From: Nemertoderma westbladi
Taxonomy: Eukaryota; Animalia; Xenacoelomorpha
DNA: 64,000 nt
Reading direction: 5' to 3'
Assembly: GCA_032718475.1 (NCBI GenBank)
Contig: JAUCBJ010008916.1
Span: forward strand, 1,155 to 65,154
This document shows positions 1 through 13,607 of the stretch, piece by piece; the stretch's first letter is position 1; every line of letters begins with the position of its first letter. The notes beneath the pieces were generated by a model that saw only the letters and a program-made list of their open reading frames with translations, was not told the DNA's origin and ran no database searches. The translations under genes were made by a program, and so were the position numbers.

Positions 1-759
1 AATACGGTATAATGAAAGGTGAAAGATTTTTCATGAAATTGTCAACTTCAAAACCCTACTACTTCTACAATTTTTGAGTAATTAGTCTGAAACATACTGT
101 GGGTGTCTAGATAGCCACCCTGCATAAAAGTATCAGTCAACTTTTCGAAATTTTTTGTTAATAAAATTTAATACTATTTATAAAAAACCTAAAAATTTGC
201 ATAAATTTGCAGCGCCACCTAGCGGTGCGGAATTATTTTAACAAAATTTCGTCTGATAGATTTGTTGACCATCTTTGATCTATCATATAAAAAAACTTTC
301 ATGTGATTATATTCAAAACTGAAAAAGCCTTAGGGTTTTAAGCGCAACCAAGTTTTATTTGTTGTTAACTAGTATTAACTAATATTAAATAGCGAAAAAA
401 AAAATTTTCTGACCTGTCATGTAGAATAGTAACTTAGGCACCTATATGCCAAATGTTAGCCAAAACCAAACAATTTTGAAACGCTGAGAGTGATAAATCG
501 AAGAGTTGTCCGAAAATGGCAACAAAGAGTAACACCGAATGGGGCCCCTGTGTTTCCAATAATGGAGGGACAGCCGTCGGAAGCCAATGAAAGGGACCCC
601 TGGGTGGCCAAAGAGGGCCTCATCTTTAGTATACAAAAAGCTAAGTATATTAGCTTAACATATTTTCGAAGTGATAACAATCAATACATTTTACAAAAAT
701 AATAATACAATTTTTCCCGTTGATATGGTAATTACAGCTGTAAATAGACCACAGTACGC

Positions 760-1330
760 CAGCCCTGTGATACAGCCAATACAGTCAATACCGCAAATCG
801 GCCCTGTTGAGACAGACTCACCTTCACATACGTTAATTTCCATCCCCATTAATTGTCTACCTTTTGCAAAGGCTCTGCCCTCTGCCAGGGACTACACCCA
901 ACTGAGCAAAAATAATGAAATCATCTTATCGAGGGTGAAAAAAGTGGTCCTATACGCACACCTGAGTGCACGTTTATTTTGGTGCATTAGGTAGGCGTAC
1001 TCCATAGGGTGGGTCCAGGATACCCAATACATGTACAACAATAGGTGCAATTATTCTTGATATCTATTCAGCCAATTTATCTGTGGTAGATAATCCCAGT
1101 ATTCAGCTGCTGCCTCAATGATTAATAACAATAATTAGGTAATTAATATGACCATTTACAACAATACATTATACGATATATGGGCCAAGGTAATATCTGA
1201 GAAATTGATAAAAGATTGCCAAGTTCATTGTGTGAAGTAATCAGATCAAAGAAAACATTATATGTTTGTGTGAAATATTTAGCTTTTTGGCTAAGGATTG
1301 TAGTGTTAGAGCCCTGCAACACATACCGAC
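760..1330 (-). pseudogene. Possible highly degenerate CR1/L2-group LINE RT C-terminal fragment
   Basis: Minus strand gives PMEYAYLMHQNKRALRCAY (resembles LINE 'P.LEYA...QKRALR') and VLQGS (resembles GVPQGS). No intact ORF; boundaries approximate. Confidence 0.3.
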
Positions 1331-1484
1331 AGAGGGCTCATCAAAGTTATTGCATAAGCCCCACTCAATTATTGTAATTATAATAAAATATACATTTATT
1401 TGGAAAAAAGATATCAATCAAATATATATCGGAACCAATATCTTCTAATTTACTCCAATTCTACTATTAATATTGTTAATTTCG

Positions 1485-1925
1485 CAATCCAACATCCACC
1501 AAGCGTCCCCAAAACACCCCATCCCTTCTCCCCACCCCCAATCCAACATCCACCAAGCGTCCCCAAAACACCCCATCCCTTCTCCCCACCCCCAATCCAA
1601 CATCCACCAAGCGTCCCCAAAACACCCCATCCCTTCTCCCCACCCCCAATCCAACATCCACCAAGCGTCCCCAAAACACCCCATCCCTTCTCCCCACCCC
1701 CAATCCAACATCCACCAAGCGTCCCCAAAACACCCCATCCCTTCTCCCCACCCCCAATCCAACATCCACCAAGCCTTCCAATAACACCCCATCCCTTCTC
1801 TCCACCCCCAATCCAACATCCACCAAGCGTCCCCAAAACACCCCATCCCTTCTCCCCACCCCCAATCCAACATCCACCAAGCGTTCCCATAACACCCCAA
1901 CCCCATCCCTTCTCCCCACCCCCCA
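1485..1925. repeat. C-rich minisatellite, 54-bp unit, about 8 copies
   Basis: Unit CAATCCAACATCCACCAAGCGTCCCCAAAACACCCCATCCCTTCTCCCCACCCC repeated nearly perfectly. Confidence 0.95.
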
Positions 1926-2804
1926 GGTAAAGCCAAGCCAATGTTCTGTGGAGTGAGATTGATAAATCGATACTATTAACTCAGAACGGTAGCAGCCCAT
2001 TCGCGGCTGCAATGGAAGTTTAACATAATGTATGCAGCGCTATGCGTTAACGGATAATAACCAACTTTAATGGGTGGATTGCCGCTGCTTGTGGGCATGA
2101 AATACACACGAGGTTTGTTCACTAGGTGCGCCAAGATAGAAACACATCCTTGGTCCCTAGGCTGGGGACATTACCGGCATAATAAAGGTTCTATAATATA
2201 GAGCCAACTGCTTTATCATTCAGGAGGATCCCTTGGAGAAATTAGCCACTATACGCTGCATCCAACTTTACTCACTCAAAGCAGCGGATGCCAAGAAATG
2301 AAAGAGCTGAAGACGGAATTCTGATGGTCCATTGCAGCATTTATTACTATGGTTGTGGCAACCCGGGTTCAATGCGTTCAACCTAGATTTTCCTCCCAGA
2401 AAATCTGGGGTAATTTATACTAAAAATAGTCTCGATGCGAATTCGGGTTTGTCTAGGTCCGTAGACAAACAACTTGCATTGCGCACACACATTACTGCTA
2501 TCCACATTTAGATAAGCCTTCCTACCATTCCTACATCTAAAGAGTGAAAATAGTCAAAATAGACAAAATAGTTGTATCGCTGTCGATATGAAAACTCGAT
2601 TGTGGGCCGCGCATGACAAAAGCCTTCGATCTTTAAGTCCTTTTCTGGTAATCATTATATGTCATTGCCATTGACAAACTATTCTCTTAACATAAACCAT
2701 GAATTTTTATATATCACCTCGAAATATAGCTTTCTTCACATCTACACAATAATTTTAAGATTAGTTCATATTAATTGGTAATACCAATTCATCAAATCGG
2801 ACCT

Positions 2805-3602
2805 ATATTCTACTCGGTAAAATTAAATATTCTACTCGGTAAAATTAAATATTCTACTCGGTAAAATTAAATATTCTACTCGGTAAAATTAAATATTCTA
2901 CTCGGTAAAATTAAATATTCTACTCGGTAAAATTAAATATTCTACTCGGTAAAATTAAATATTCTACTCGGTAAAATTAAATATTCTACTCGGTAAAATT
3001 AAATATTCTACTCGGTAAAATTAAATATTCTACTCGGTAAAATTAAATATTCTACTCGGTAAAATTAAATATTCTACTCGGTAAAATTAAATATTCTACT
3101 CGGTAAAATTAAATATTCTACTCGGTAAAATTAAATATTCTACTCGGTAAAATTAAATATTCTACTCGGTAAAATTAAATATTCTACTCGGTAAAATTAA
3201 ATATTCTACTCGGTAAAATTAAATATTCTACTCGGTAAAATTAAATATTCTACTCGGTAAAATTAAATATTCTACTCGGTAAAATTAAATATTCTACTCG
3301 GTAAAATTAAATATTCTACTCGGTAAAATTAAATATTCTACTCGGTAAAATTAAATATTCTACTCGGTAAAATTAAATATTCTACTCGGTAAAATTAAAT
3401 ATTCTACTCGGTAAAATTAAATATTCTACTCGGTAAAATTAAATATTCTACTCGGTAAAATTAAATATTCTACTCGGTAAAATTAAATATTCTACTCGGT
3501 AAAATTAAATATTCTACTCGGTAAAATTAAATATTCTACTCGGTAAAATTAAATATTCTACTCGGTAAAATTAAATATTCTACTCGGTAAAATTAAATAT
3601 TC
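2805..3602. repeat. Minisatellite, 22-bp unit, about 36 apparently identical copies
   Basis: ATATTCTACTCGGTAAAATTAA repeated with no variant noticed. Confidence 0.97.
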
Positions 3603-3630
3603 AGCGGATTAAAAATGAATGCGAAACAAA

Positions 3631-4673
3631 TACAACTGTAAGTAGTAACTATAGTAACTGTATGTAGTATACTACTACTGTAAGTAGTAACTATAGTAAC
3701 TGTATGTAGTATACTACAACTGTAAGTACTAACTATAGTAACTGTACGTAGTATACTACTACTGTAAGTAGTAACTATAGTAACTGTAGGTAGTATACTA
3801 CAACTGTAAGTAGTAACTATAGTAACTGTATGTAGTATACTACAACTGTAAGTAGTAACTATAGTAACTGTACGTAGTATACTACAACTGTAAGTAGTAA
3901 CTATAGTAACTGTATGTAGTATACTACAACTGTAAGTAGTAACTATAGTAACTGTACGTAGTATACTACAACTGTAAGTAGTAACTATAGTAACTGTACG
4001 TAGTATACTACAACTGTAAGTAGTAACTATAGTAACTGTATGTAGTATACTACAACTGTAAGTAGTAACTATAGTAACTGTATGTAGTATACTACAACTG
4101 TAAGTAGTAACTATAGTAACTGTACGTAGTATACTACAACTGTAAGTAGTAACTGTAGTAACTGTATGTAGTATACTACAACTGTAAGTACTAACTATAG
4201 TAACTGTACGTATATACTACAACTGTAAGTAGTAACTATAGTAACTGTATGTAGTATACTACAACTGTAAGTAGTAATTTTAGTAACTGTACGTAGTATA
4301 CTACAACTGTAAGTAGTAACTATAGTAACTGTATGTAGTATACTACAACTGTAAGTAGTAACTATAGTAACTGTACGTAGTATACTACAACTGTAAGTAG
4401 TGACTATAGTAACTGTATGTAGTATACTACAACTGCAAGTAGTAACTATAGTAACTGTACGTAGTATACTACAACTGTAAGTAGTAACTATAGTAACTGT
4501 ATGTAGTATACTACAACTGTAAGTAGTAACTATAGTAACTGTACGTAGTATACTACAACTGTAAGTAGTAACTATAGTAACTGTATGTAGTATACTACAA
4601 CTGTAAGTAGTAACTATAGTAACTGTACGTAGTATACTACAACTGTAAGTAGTAACTATAGTAACTGTATGTA
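3631..4673. repeat. Minisatellite, 42-bp unit, about 25 copies (left arm)
   Basis: TACAACTGTAAGTAGTAACTATAGTAACTGTA(T/C)GTAGTATAC; the T and C variants often alternate. Confidence 0.96.
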
Positions 4674-6612
4674 CTAGGATACTACTACTAGGATCGGCAT
4701 GCTGCATTGCAGCTGCATTTTTAAGAATGCTGTGCCGGCTTGTCAACAAAATTACACCGCCACAACTCCCTATCACCCATGACATTTGCTAGATCATCCG
4801 CATCTTCAAGGCCAGTGTCATTTAAGATGCGTCTCAAGAAAGTCATGGGCTGTCCACCGTGGTTATTCACTCCATGAGGCTGCCAAAGTACAAGATTATG
4901 CACTGGCTGGTCCTCACGGCGAAAGCAATGTCCTGCAAAGCGGAGGCGATTTTGTTCTAGTGTCAAGCTTGGGGGAACCAATGAGACACCTCCAATGTTA
5001 TATAGTGTCTGGTTGGAAATGTGTGCTGTGCATTGTACTTGACACAATGAACCCGGCGTAGCATTCTTGTGAATGTGCCATCCAGAGATTTGGTGTCCTC
5101 AGCAGTTAGAGCCCAGCATGGACTCCCGTAGAGGAGTACTGGAACGACTGCTGCTCTAAATAATCGGACCTTAAGTTTCCGATTAATTCTCGGTGACTTC
5201 CAAATCCTGGAAAGCCTATTCAAGGCTGCCCATGCCTTTCCCTTACGTATTCGAAGGTCCTCACCTGACTTCCGGATCCATGATCCCAGGTAACAGAAGT
5301 CGTCCACATGCTCAAGCATACCATCCTTTGAGCTTATGCTCATCCGATCAGAGACTTGCTGAGGACTTTCAAAGTTAACTGTCAAAATTTTGGTCTTTCT
5401 GGAGTTAATAAAAAGACCAACACTAGAAGCAGCATGTTCTAATGAGCTGAGGAGCCGTTGGGCTCCCTCTAATGATTCTGAGAGTACTCCTAAGTCATCA
5501 GCAAAGTCTAGATCAGTTAGGTACTTGGCAGGATTTCGTCGACTTCTGGAGCCAGTAGGTGGAGTTATCATCACCCCATCATCATTATGATGATCTAAGG
5601 ACATGCGTAGAACATAGTCAACCACAATAATGAACAAGAATGGTGCAAGTGTGTCTCCTTGGAGGACGCCCCATAACACTTCAAATGGTTCTGTGTCACC
5701 GTCAACAGTAGACACAAATGTTGTCGAACCAACGTATACTGATCTGATTGCTGCAATAATTTCATCAGGAATCCCATATAATGAAAGTATGCTGAACATA
5801 CGTGAGCGAGAGACTGAATCAAAGGCCTTGAATAAGTCAACAAAGATAACAGCCAGATGCCTGTCTTTCTTTTTTGAGAATTCTTCAATTATCTTTCTAA
5901 GTGCCAAAATGGGCTCCATGGTCCCACGACCTTTACGGAACCCATTCTGATTTCCACGGAGCAGTCTCTCAATGGGATCCCTGATGCGATTTAATAGAAT
6001 CCTATTGTATAGCTTTGCAGCAATCGAGATCAATGAGATTCCCCGAAAAGAACCATAGAGTGTTAGATTGCCCTTCTTGGGAACTGACACCAACTTATTT
6101 GTTTTCATTTCTTGTGGGACTCTTGTTGTTCGGTACATGTCTACTATGATGGGATAGATGAGCTTTAAACACTTTTAAAAGACTTTTAAAACACTTTTAA
6201 CATTTTAAAGACCTCAGGGGGAACACCATCTACTCCACTGGCACGATTGGTCTTAATGCTCTTTGCAGCAGCCTTCACTTCTGCAAAGGAGATATCGCCA
6301 ATGGGAATATCTGGGAGTACAGACTCAGACACTTTTACTTCTATAAAGTTATCAGGCAATACCCTGTCATTATTGAGGAGCTTTTCAAAGTGGGCTTTCC
6401 AACCATTGAGGCGATCGGCTGGTGATTCCGCCTTAACCTTGGTGGTTGGTTGGCTTTTCCGCCCAGTAAGCAAATTTATCGATTTCCATGCCTGGGATGA
6501 TTGCCTGCTGTCGTCAGCATCATTGATGGCATCAACCTGTTGGTTTATTAGCTCCTGTAGATTAACAGAGTACTGCCTGTTCAGGGACCTAGATGCAGCC
6601 TTAACTGCATTC
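4674..6612 (-). mobile_element. 5'-truncated RTE-clade non-LTR retrotransposon, frameshifted RT
   Basis: RT motifs FRGISL, QNGFRKGR, FVDLFKAFDSV, GVLQGDTLAPFLF, FADD, YLGS and RTE-type C-terminus RLRFAGHCFR. TAG-repeat 3' tail at about 4674-4692. A 28-bp candidate TSD TAAGTAGTAACTATAGTAACTGTATGTA lies at 4646-4673 and 6613-6640. Confidence 0.93.
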
Positions 6613-6784
6613 TAAGTAGTAACTATAGTAACTGTATGTAGTATACTACAACTGTAAGTAGTAACTATAGTAACTGTACGTAGTATACTACAACTGTAAG
6701 TAGTAACTATAGTAACTGTATGTAGTATACTACAACTGTAAGTAGTAACTATAGTAACTGTACGTAGTATACTACTACTGTACG
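6613..6784. repeat. 42-bp minisatellite, right arm, about 4 copies
   Basis: Same unit as 3631-4673, resuming after the RTE insertion. Confidence 0.95.
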
Positions 6785-7526
6785 ATATGGTTGATCGAGT
6801 TTTCAGTGAGGGAATCTATGCAGATTTGCTGGTGTTGCACATTTCCTACAGGCTCTACCTGCCCATTCCATTGCTCAATTAGATGTCCTGTCTCATCCCA
6901 TCACCTCACCTGGGTTCGCAACCACAGATCAAGCAGTCATTGAAAGCATGATGGCATTGTGCAATGTGTCTACCGTTACCGTATGTATCAATCTCAAAAC
7001 ATTAACTAATATTGATTACTTATTGATAAAATTCCTATCACTACAAATTAAAGAAATATTTCACATTTGACTGACTGGTGTCTGCAATAATTAAAGCTAA
7101 AGGACGAGGACATAGGTGTCCTATAATGGAGGAATAAAGGAAATGATTATTCTAAAAGAAAAGAGAGTGAAAGAAAGCGATAAAACTGCAATGAGCGTCA
7201 ATTTTGGAGTAAAAGAGCCGCCAATCCCGCCTTATAGGTAACAGCCATCAGTGAGAAGTCCACTTATTGCATCCCGTGTTTCGTTTTCCACGTTCATTGT
7301 CTAATATTACGAGAACGTATGCAGGAATACGCTTTCAATATAATGTTAATTGTTAAAGTTCGCCACAGATTGGTCTATAGTGGTGACATTCATGCGTGTC
7401 CAATCAGGAGGCCCTGGTTTTACAGTTAACACTTACACTTAACTAACTGTGCTTTAAATTCCACAACATACCCCAACCCAGGCTTTTGTTCGGGGCTGGT
7501 CCATAAATTAGAACCAACTTAACTTG

Positions 7527-7772
7527 GGAAACAGAGTGAAAAGTTTTATTGTGGAAGATCACCCATGGTGGTGAACAGACATTCCTTTAGGAAACAAGTG
7601 GAAGGGTTTACTGTGGAAGATCACCCATGGTTGTGAACAGGCATTCCTTTAGGAAACAGAGTGGAAGGGTTTACTGTGGAAGATCACCCATGGTGGTGAA
7701 CAGGCATTCCTTTAGGAAACAGAGTGGAAGGGTTTACTGTGGAAGATCACCCATGGTGGTGAACTGGCATTC
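7527..7772. repeat. Minisatellite, about 63-bp unit, about 4 copies
   Basis: GGAAACAGAGTGGAAGGGTTTACTGTGGAAGATCACCCATGGTGGTGAACAGGCATTCCTTTA repeated. Confidence 0.92.
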
Positions 7773-8223
7773 CCCGGCTTAATGAGCCTAAACGATTATC
7801 TTATGCCATTGTTAAAGTTATATAATTATTTCAATTATTTCCTTGATGGTCATGGGACAGCAATGGCCGGAAAACATTAAGATTTAAGAAAACAAATACC
7901 AGAGAGTCCATTTTAATAGGATTCCTATTGGAAATGAGTCGGCCACATGTGGTTAATCCAAATTGAATCGTCACAGCAATGGAAGGTTGCTAGGAGGCAC
8001 ATTATCTAGGGCAGTAAGTGGTCCTAGAAACAATGATTAAGAGGGCAAACTTTAAATCAGTAGGCAATTTGAGTGCCATAATTCTATAAAATATTGAATA
8101 TACGCACTGGAAAGATAACAGCAAGAATGATTCCAATAAATAATTAATAATGTAATCACGCACACTGAGTGCCACACCCAATTAGATTTATGATAGGAAA
8201 TCATTTCGTTATGTGAGATGTAC

Positions 8224-11200
8224 AATGAAGAAAGCGAGCTTAGCATATGAGTACCACTGTGTTACTGTTTCAACCATTGTCTGTCTAATGAAGAAAGCGA
8301 GCTTAGCATATGAGTACCACTGTGTTACTGTTTCAACCATTGTCTGTCTAATGAAGAAAGCGAGCTTAGCATACGAGTACCACTGTGTTACTGTTTCAAC
8401 CATTGTATATCTAATGAAGAAAGCGAGCTTAGCATACGGGTACCACTGTGTTACTGTTTCAACCATTGTCTGTCTAATGAAGAAAGCGAGCTTAGCATAC
8501 GAGTACCACTGTGTTACTCTTTCAACCATTGTCTGTCTAATGAAGAAAGCGAGCTTAGCATATGAGTACCACTGTGTTACTGTTTCAACCATTGTCTGTC
8601 TAATGAAGAAAGCGAGCTTAGCATATGAGTACCACTGTGTTACTGTTTCAACCATTGTCTGTCTAATGAAGAAAGCGAGCTTAGCATACGGGTACCACTG
8701 TGTTACTGTTTCAACCATTGTATGTATAATGAAGAAAGCGAGCTTAGCATACGAGTACCACTGTGTTACTGTTTCAACCATTGTATGTATAATGAAGAAA
8801 GCGAGCTTAGCATATGAGTACCACTGTGTTACTGTTTCAACCATTGTATGTATAATGAAGAAAGCGAGCTTAGCATATGAGTACCACTGTGTTACTGTTT
8901 CAACCATTGTATGTATAATGAAGAAAGCGAGCTTAGCATATGAGTACCACTGTGTTACTGTTTCAACCATTGTATGTATAATGAAGAAAGCGAGCTTAGC
9001 ATATGAGTACCACTGTGTTACTGTTTCAACCATTGTATGTATAATGAAGAAAGCGAGCTTAGCATATGAGTACCACTGTGTTACTGTTTCAACCATTGTC
9101 TGTCTAATGAAGAAAGCGAGCTTAGCATACGGGTACCACTGTGTTACTGTTTCAACCATTGTCTGTCTAATGAAGAAAGCGAGCTTAGCATATGAGTACC
9201 ACTGTGTTACTGTTTCAACCATTGTATGTATAATGAAGAAAGCGAGCTTAGCATACGAGTACCACTGTGTTACTGTTTCAACCATTGTATGTATAATGAA
9301 GAAAGCGAGCTTAGCATATGAGTACCACTGTGTTACTGTTTCAACCATTGTCTGTCTAATGAAGAAAGCGAGCTTAGCATACGGGTACCACTGTGTTACT
9401 GTTTCAACCATTGTATGTATAATGAAGAAAGCGAGTTTAGCATACGAGTACCACTGTGTTACTGTTTCAACCATTGTATGTATAATGAAGAAAGCGAGCT
9501 TAGCATATGAGTACCACTGTGTTACTGTTTCAACCATTGTATGTCTAATGAAGAAAGCGAGCTTAGCATACGGGTACCACTGTGTTACTGTTTCAACCAT
9601 TGTATGTATAATGAAGAAAGCGAGCTTAGCATACGGGTACCACTGTGTTACTGTTTCAACCATTGTATGTATAATGAAGAAAGCGAGCTTAGCATACGAG
9701 TACCACTGTGTTACTGTTTCAACCATTGTATGTATAATGAAGAAAGCGAGCTTAGCATATGAGTACCACTGTGTTACTGTTTCAACCATTGTATGTATAA
9801 TGAAGAAAGCGAGCTTAGCATACGAGTACCACTGTGTTACTGTTTCAACCATTGTATGTATAATGAAGAAAGCGAGCTTAGCATATGAGTACCACTGTGT
9901 TACTGTTTCAACCATTGTATGTATAATGAAGAAAGCAAGCTTAGCATATGAGTACCACTGTGTTACTGTTTCAACCATTGTCTGTCTAATGAAGAAAGCG
10001 AGCTTAGCATACGGGTACCACTGTGTTACTGTTTCAACCATTGTATGTATAATGAAGAAAGCGAGCTTAGCATATGAGTACCACTGTGTTACTGTTTCAA
10101 CCATTGTCTGTCTAATGAAGAAAGCGAGCTTAGCATACGGGTACCACTGTGTTACTGTTTCAACCATTGTATGTATAATGAAGAAAGCGAGCTTAGCATA
10201 CGGGTACCACTGTGTTACTGTTTCAACCATTGTATGTATAATGAAGAAAGCGAGCTTAGCATACGAGTACCACTGTGTTACTGTTTCAACCATTGTATGT
10301 ATAATGAAGAAAGCGAGCTTAGCATATGAGTACCACTGTGTTACTGTTTCAACCATTGTATGTATAATGAAGAAAGCGAGCTTAGCATACGAGTACCACT
10401 GTGTTACTGTTTCAACCATTGTATGTATAATGAAGAAAGCGAGCTTAGCATATGAGTACCACTGTGTTACTGTTTCAACCATTGTCTGTCTAATGAAGAA
10501 AGCGAGCTTAGCATACGGGTACCACTGTGTTACTGTTTCAACCATTGTCTGTCTAATGAAGAAAGCGAGCTTAGCATACGGGTACCACTGTGTTACTGTT
10601 TCAACCATTGTATGTATAATGAAGAAAGCGAGCTTAGCATACGAGTACCACTGTGTTACTGTTTCAACCATTGTATGTATAATGAAGAAAGCGAGCTTAG
10701 CATATGAGTACCACTGTGTTACTGTTTCAACCATTGTATGTATAATGAAGAAAGCGAGCTTAGCATACGAGTACCACTGTGTTACTGTTTCAACCATTGT
10801 ATGTATAATGAAGAAAGCGAGCTTAGCATATGAGTACCACTGTGTTACTGTTTCAACCATTGTCTGTCTAATGAAGAAAGCGAGCTTAGCATACGGGTAC
10901 CACTGTGTTACTGTTTCAACCATTGTCTGTGTAATGAAGAAAGCGAGCTTAGCATACGGGTACCACTGTGTTACTGTTTCAACCATTGTCTGTCTAATGA
11001 AGAAAGCGAGCTTAGCATATGAGTACCACTGTGTTACTGTTTCAACCATTGTCTGTCTAATGAAGAAAGCGAGCTTAGCATATGAGTACCACTGTGTTAC
11101 TGTTTCAACCATTGTATGTCTAATGAAGAAAGCGAGCTTAGCATATGAGTACCACTGTGTTACTGTTTCAACCATTGTCTGTCTAATGAAGAAAGCGAGC

Positions 11201-13603
11201 TTAGCATATGAGTACCACTGTGTTACTGTTTCAACCATTGTCTGTCTAATGAAGAAAGCGAGCTTAGCATACGGGTACCACTGTGTTACTGTTTCAACCA
11301 TTGTCTGTCTAATGAAGAAAGCGAGCTTAGCATACGGGTACCACTGTGTTACTGTTTCAACCATTGTCTGTCTAATGAAGAAAGCGAGCTTAGCATACGG
11401 GTACCACTGTGTTACTGTTTCAACCATTGTCTGTCTAATGAAGAAAGCGAGCTTAGCATATGAGTACCACTGTGTTACTGTTTCAACCATTGTCTGTCTA
11501 ATGAAGAAAGCGAGCTTAGCATACGGGTACCACTGTGTTACTGTTTCAACCATTGTATGTATAATGAAGAAAGCGAGCTTAGCATACGAGTACCACTGTG
11601 TTACTGTTTCAACCATTGTATGTATAATGAAGAAAGCGAGCTTAGCATATGAGTACCACTGTGTTACTGTTTCAACCATTGTCTGTCTAATGAAGAAAGC
11701 GAGCTTAGCATACGGGTACCACTGTGTTACTGTTTCAACCATTGTATGTATAATGAAGAAAGCGAGCTTAGCATACGGGTACCACTGTGTTACTGTTTCA
11801 ACCATTGTATGTATAATGAAGAAAGCGAGCTTAGCATACGAGTACCACTGTGTTACTGTTTCAACCATTGTATGTATAATGAAGAAAGCGAGCTTAGCAT
11901 ATGAGTACCACTGTGTTACTGTTTCAACCATTGTCTGTCTAATGAAGAAAGCGAGCTTAGCATACGGGTACCACTGTGTTACTGTTTCAACCATTGTCTG
12001 TCTAATGAAGAAAGCGAGCTTAGCATACGGGTACCACTGTGTTACTGTTTCAACCATTGTCTGTCTAATGAAGAAAGCGAGCTTAGCATATGAGTACCAC
12101 TGTGTTACTGTTTCAACCATTGTCTGTCTAATGAAGAAAGCGAGCTTAGCATACGGGTACCACTGTGTTACTGTTTCAACCATTGTATGTATAATGAAGA
12201 AAGCGAGCTTAGCATATGAGTACCACTGTGTTACTGTTTCAACCATTGTCTGTCTAATGAAGAAAGCGAGCTTAGCATATGAGTACCACTGTGTTACTGT
12301 TTCAACCATTGTATGTCTAATGAAGAAAGCGAGCTTAGCATATGAGTACCACTGTGTTACTGTTTCAACCATTGTATGTCTAATGAAGAAAGCGAGCTTA
12401 GCATATGAGTACCACTGTGTTACTGTTTCAACCATTGTATGTCTAATGAAGAAAGCGAGCTTAGCATATGAGTACCACTGTGTTACTGTTTCAACCATTG
12501 TATGTCTAATGAAGAAAGCGAGCTTAGCATATGAGTACCACTGTGTTACTGTTTCAACCATTGTCTGTCTAATGAAGAAAGCGAGCTTAGCATATGAGTA
12601 CCACTGTGTTACTGTTTCAACTATTGTCTGTCTAATGAAGAAAGCGAGCTTAGCATACGGGTACCACTGTGTTACTGTTTCAACCATTGTCTGTCTAATG
12701 AAGAAAGCGAGCTTAGCATACGGGTACCACTGTGTTACTGTTTCAACCATTGTCTGTCAAATGAAGAAAGCGAGCTTAGCATACGGGTACCACTGTGTTA
12801 CTGTTTCAACCATTGTCTGTCTAATGAAGAAAGCGAGCTTAGCATATGAGTACCACTGTGTTACTGTTTCAACCATTGTCTGTCTAATGAAGAAAGCGAG
12901 CTTAGCATACGGGTACCACTGTGTTACTGTTTCAACCATTGTCTGTCTAATGAAGAAAGCGAGCTTAGCATATGAGTACCACTGTGTTACTGTTTCAACC
13001 ATTGTCTGTCTAATGAAGAAAGCGAGCTTAGCATACGAGTACCACTGTGTTACTGTTTCAACCATTGTATGTCTAATGAAGAAAGCGAGCTTAGCATACG
13101 GGTACCACTGTGTTACTGTTTCAACCATTGTCTATCTAATAAAGAATGCGAGCTTAGCATACGAGTACCACTGTGTTACTGTTTCAACCATTGTCTGTCT
13201 AATGAAGAAAGCGAGCTTAGCATACGAGTACCACTGTGTTACTGTTTCAACCATTGTATGTCTAATGAAGAAAGCGAGCTTAGCATACGAGTACCACTTT
13301 GTTACTGTTTCAACCATTGTCTGTCTAATGAAGAAAGCGAGCTTAGAATACGAGTACCACTGTGTTACTGTTTCAACCATTGTATGTCTAATGAAGAAAG
13401 CGAGCTTAGCATATGAGTACCACTGTGTTACTGTTTCAACCATTGTATGTCTAATGAAGAAAGCGAGCTTAGCATACGAGTACCACTGTGTTACTCTTTC
13501 AACCATTGTATGTATAATGAAGAAAGCGAGCTTAGCATACGAGTACCACTGTGTTACTGTTTCAACCATTGTATGTCTAATGAAGAAAGCGAGCTTAGCA
13601 TAC
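8224..13603. repeat. Satellite array, 63-bp unit, about 85 copies
   Basis: AATGAAGAAAGCGAGCTTAGCATA(T/C)G(A/G)GTACCACTGTGTTACTGTTTCAACCATTGT(C/A)TGT(C/A)T. The long ORFs on both strands follow from the 21-codon unit. Confidence 0.97.
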
Positions 13604-13607
13604 CCTG

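Noticed and set aside
1-445. End of a non-autonomous DNA transposon
   Set aside because: It looks TE-like, but the partner terminus would be outside the window, so no TIR or TSD can be verified.
1400-2012. Pro-rich extensin-like or Gly/Trp-rich proteins
   Set aside because: Open in almost every frame because of the 54-bp unit. A repetitive exon (there is a CAG|GTAAAG near 1926) cannot be excluded but is unsupported.
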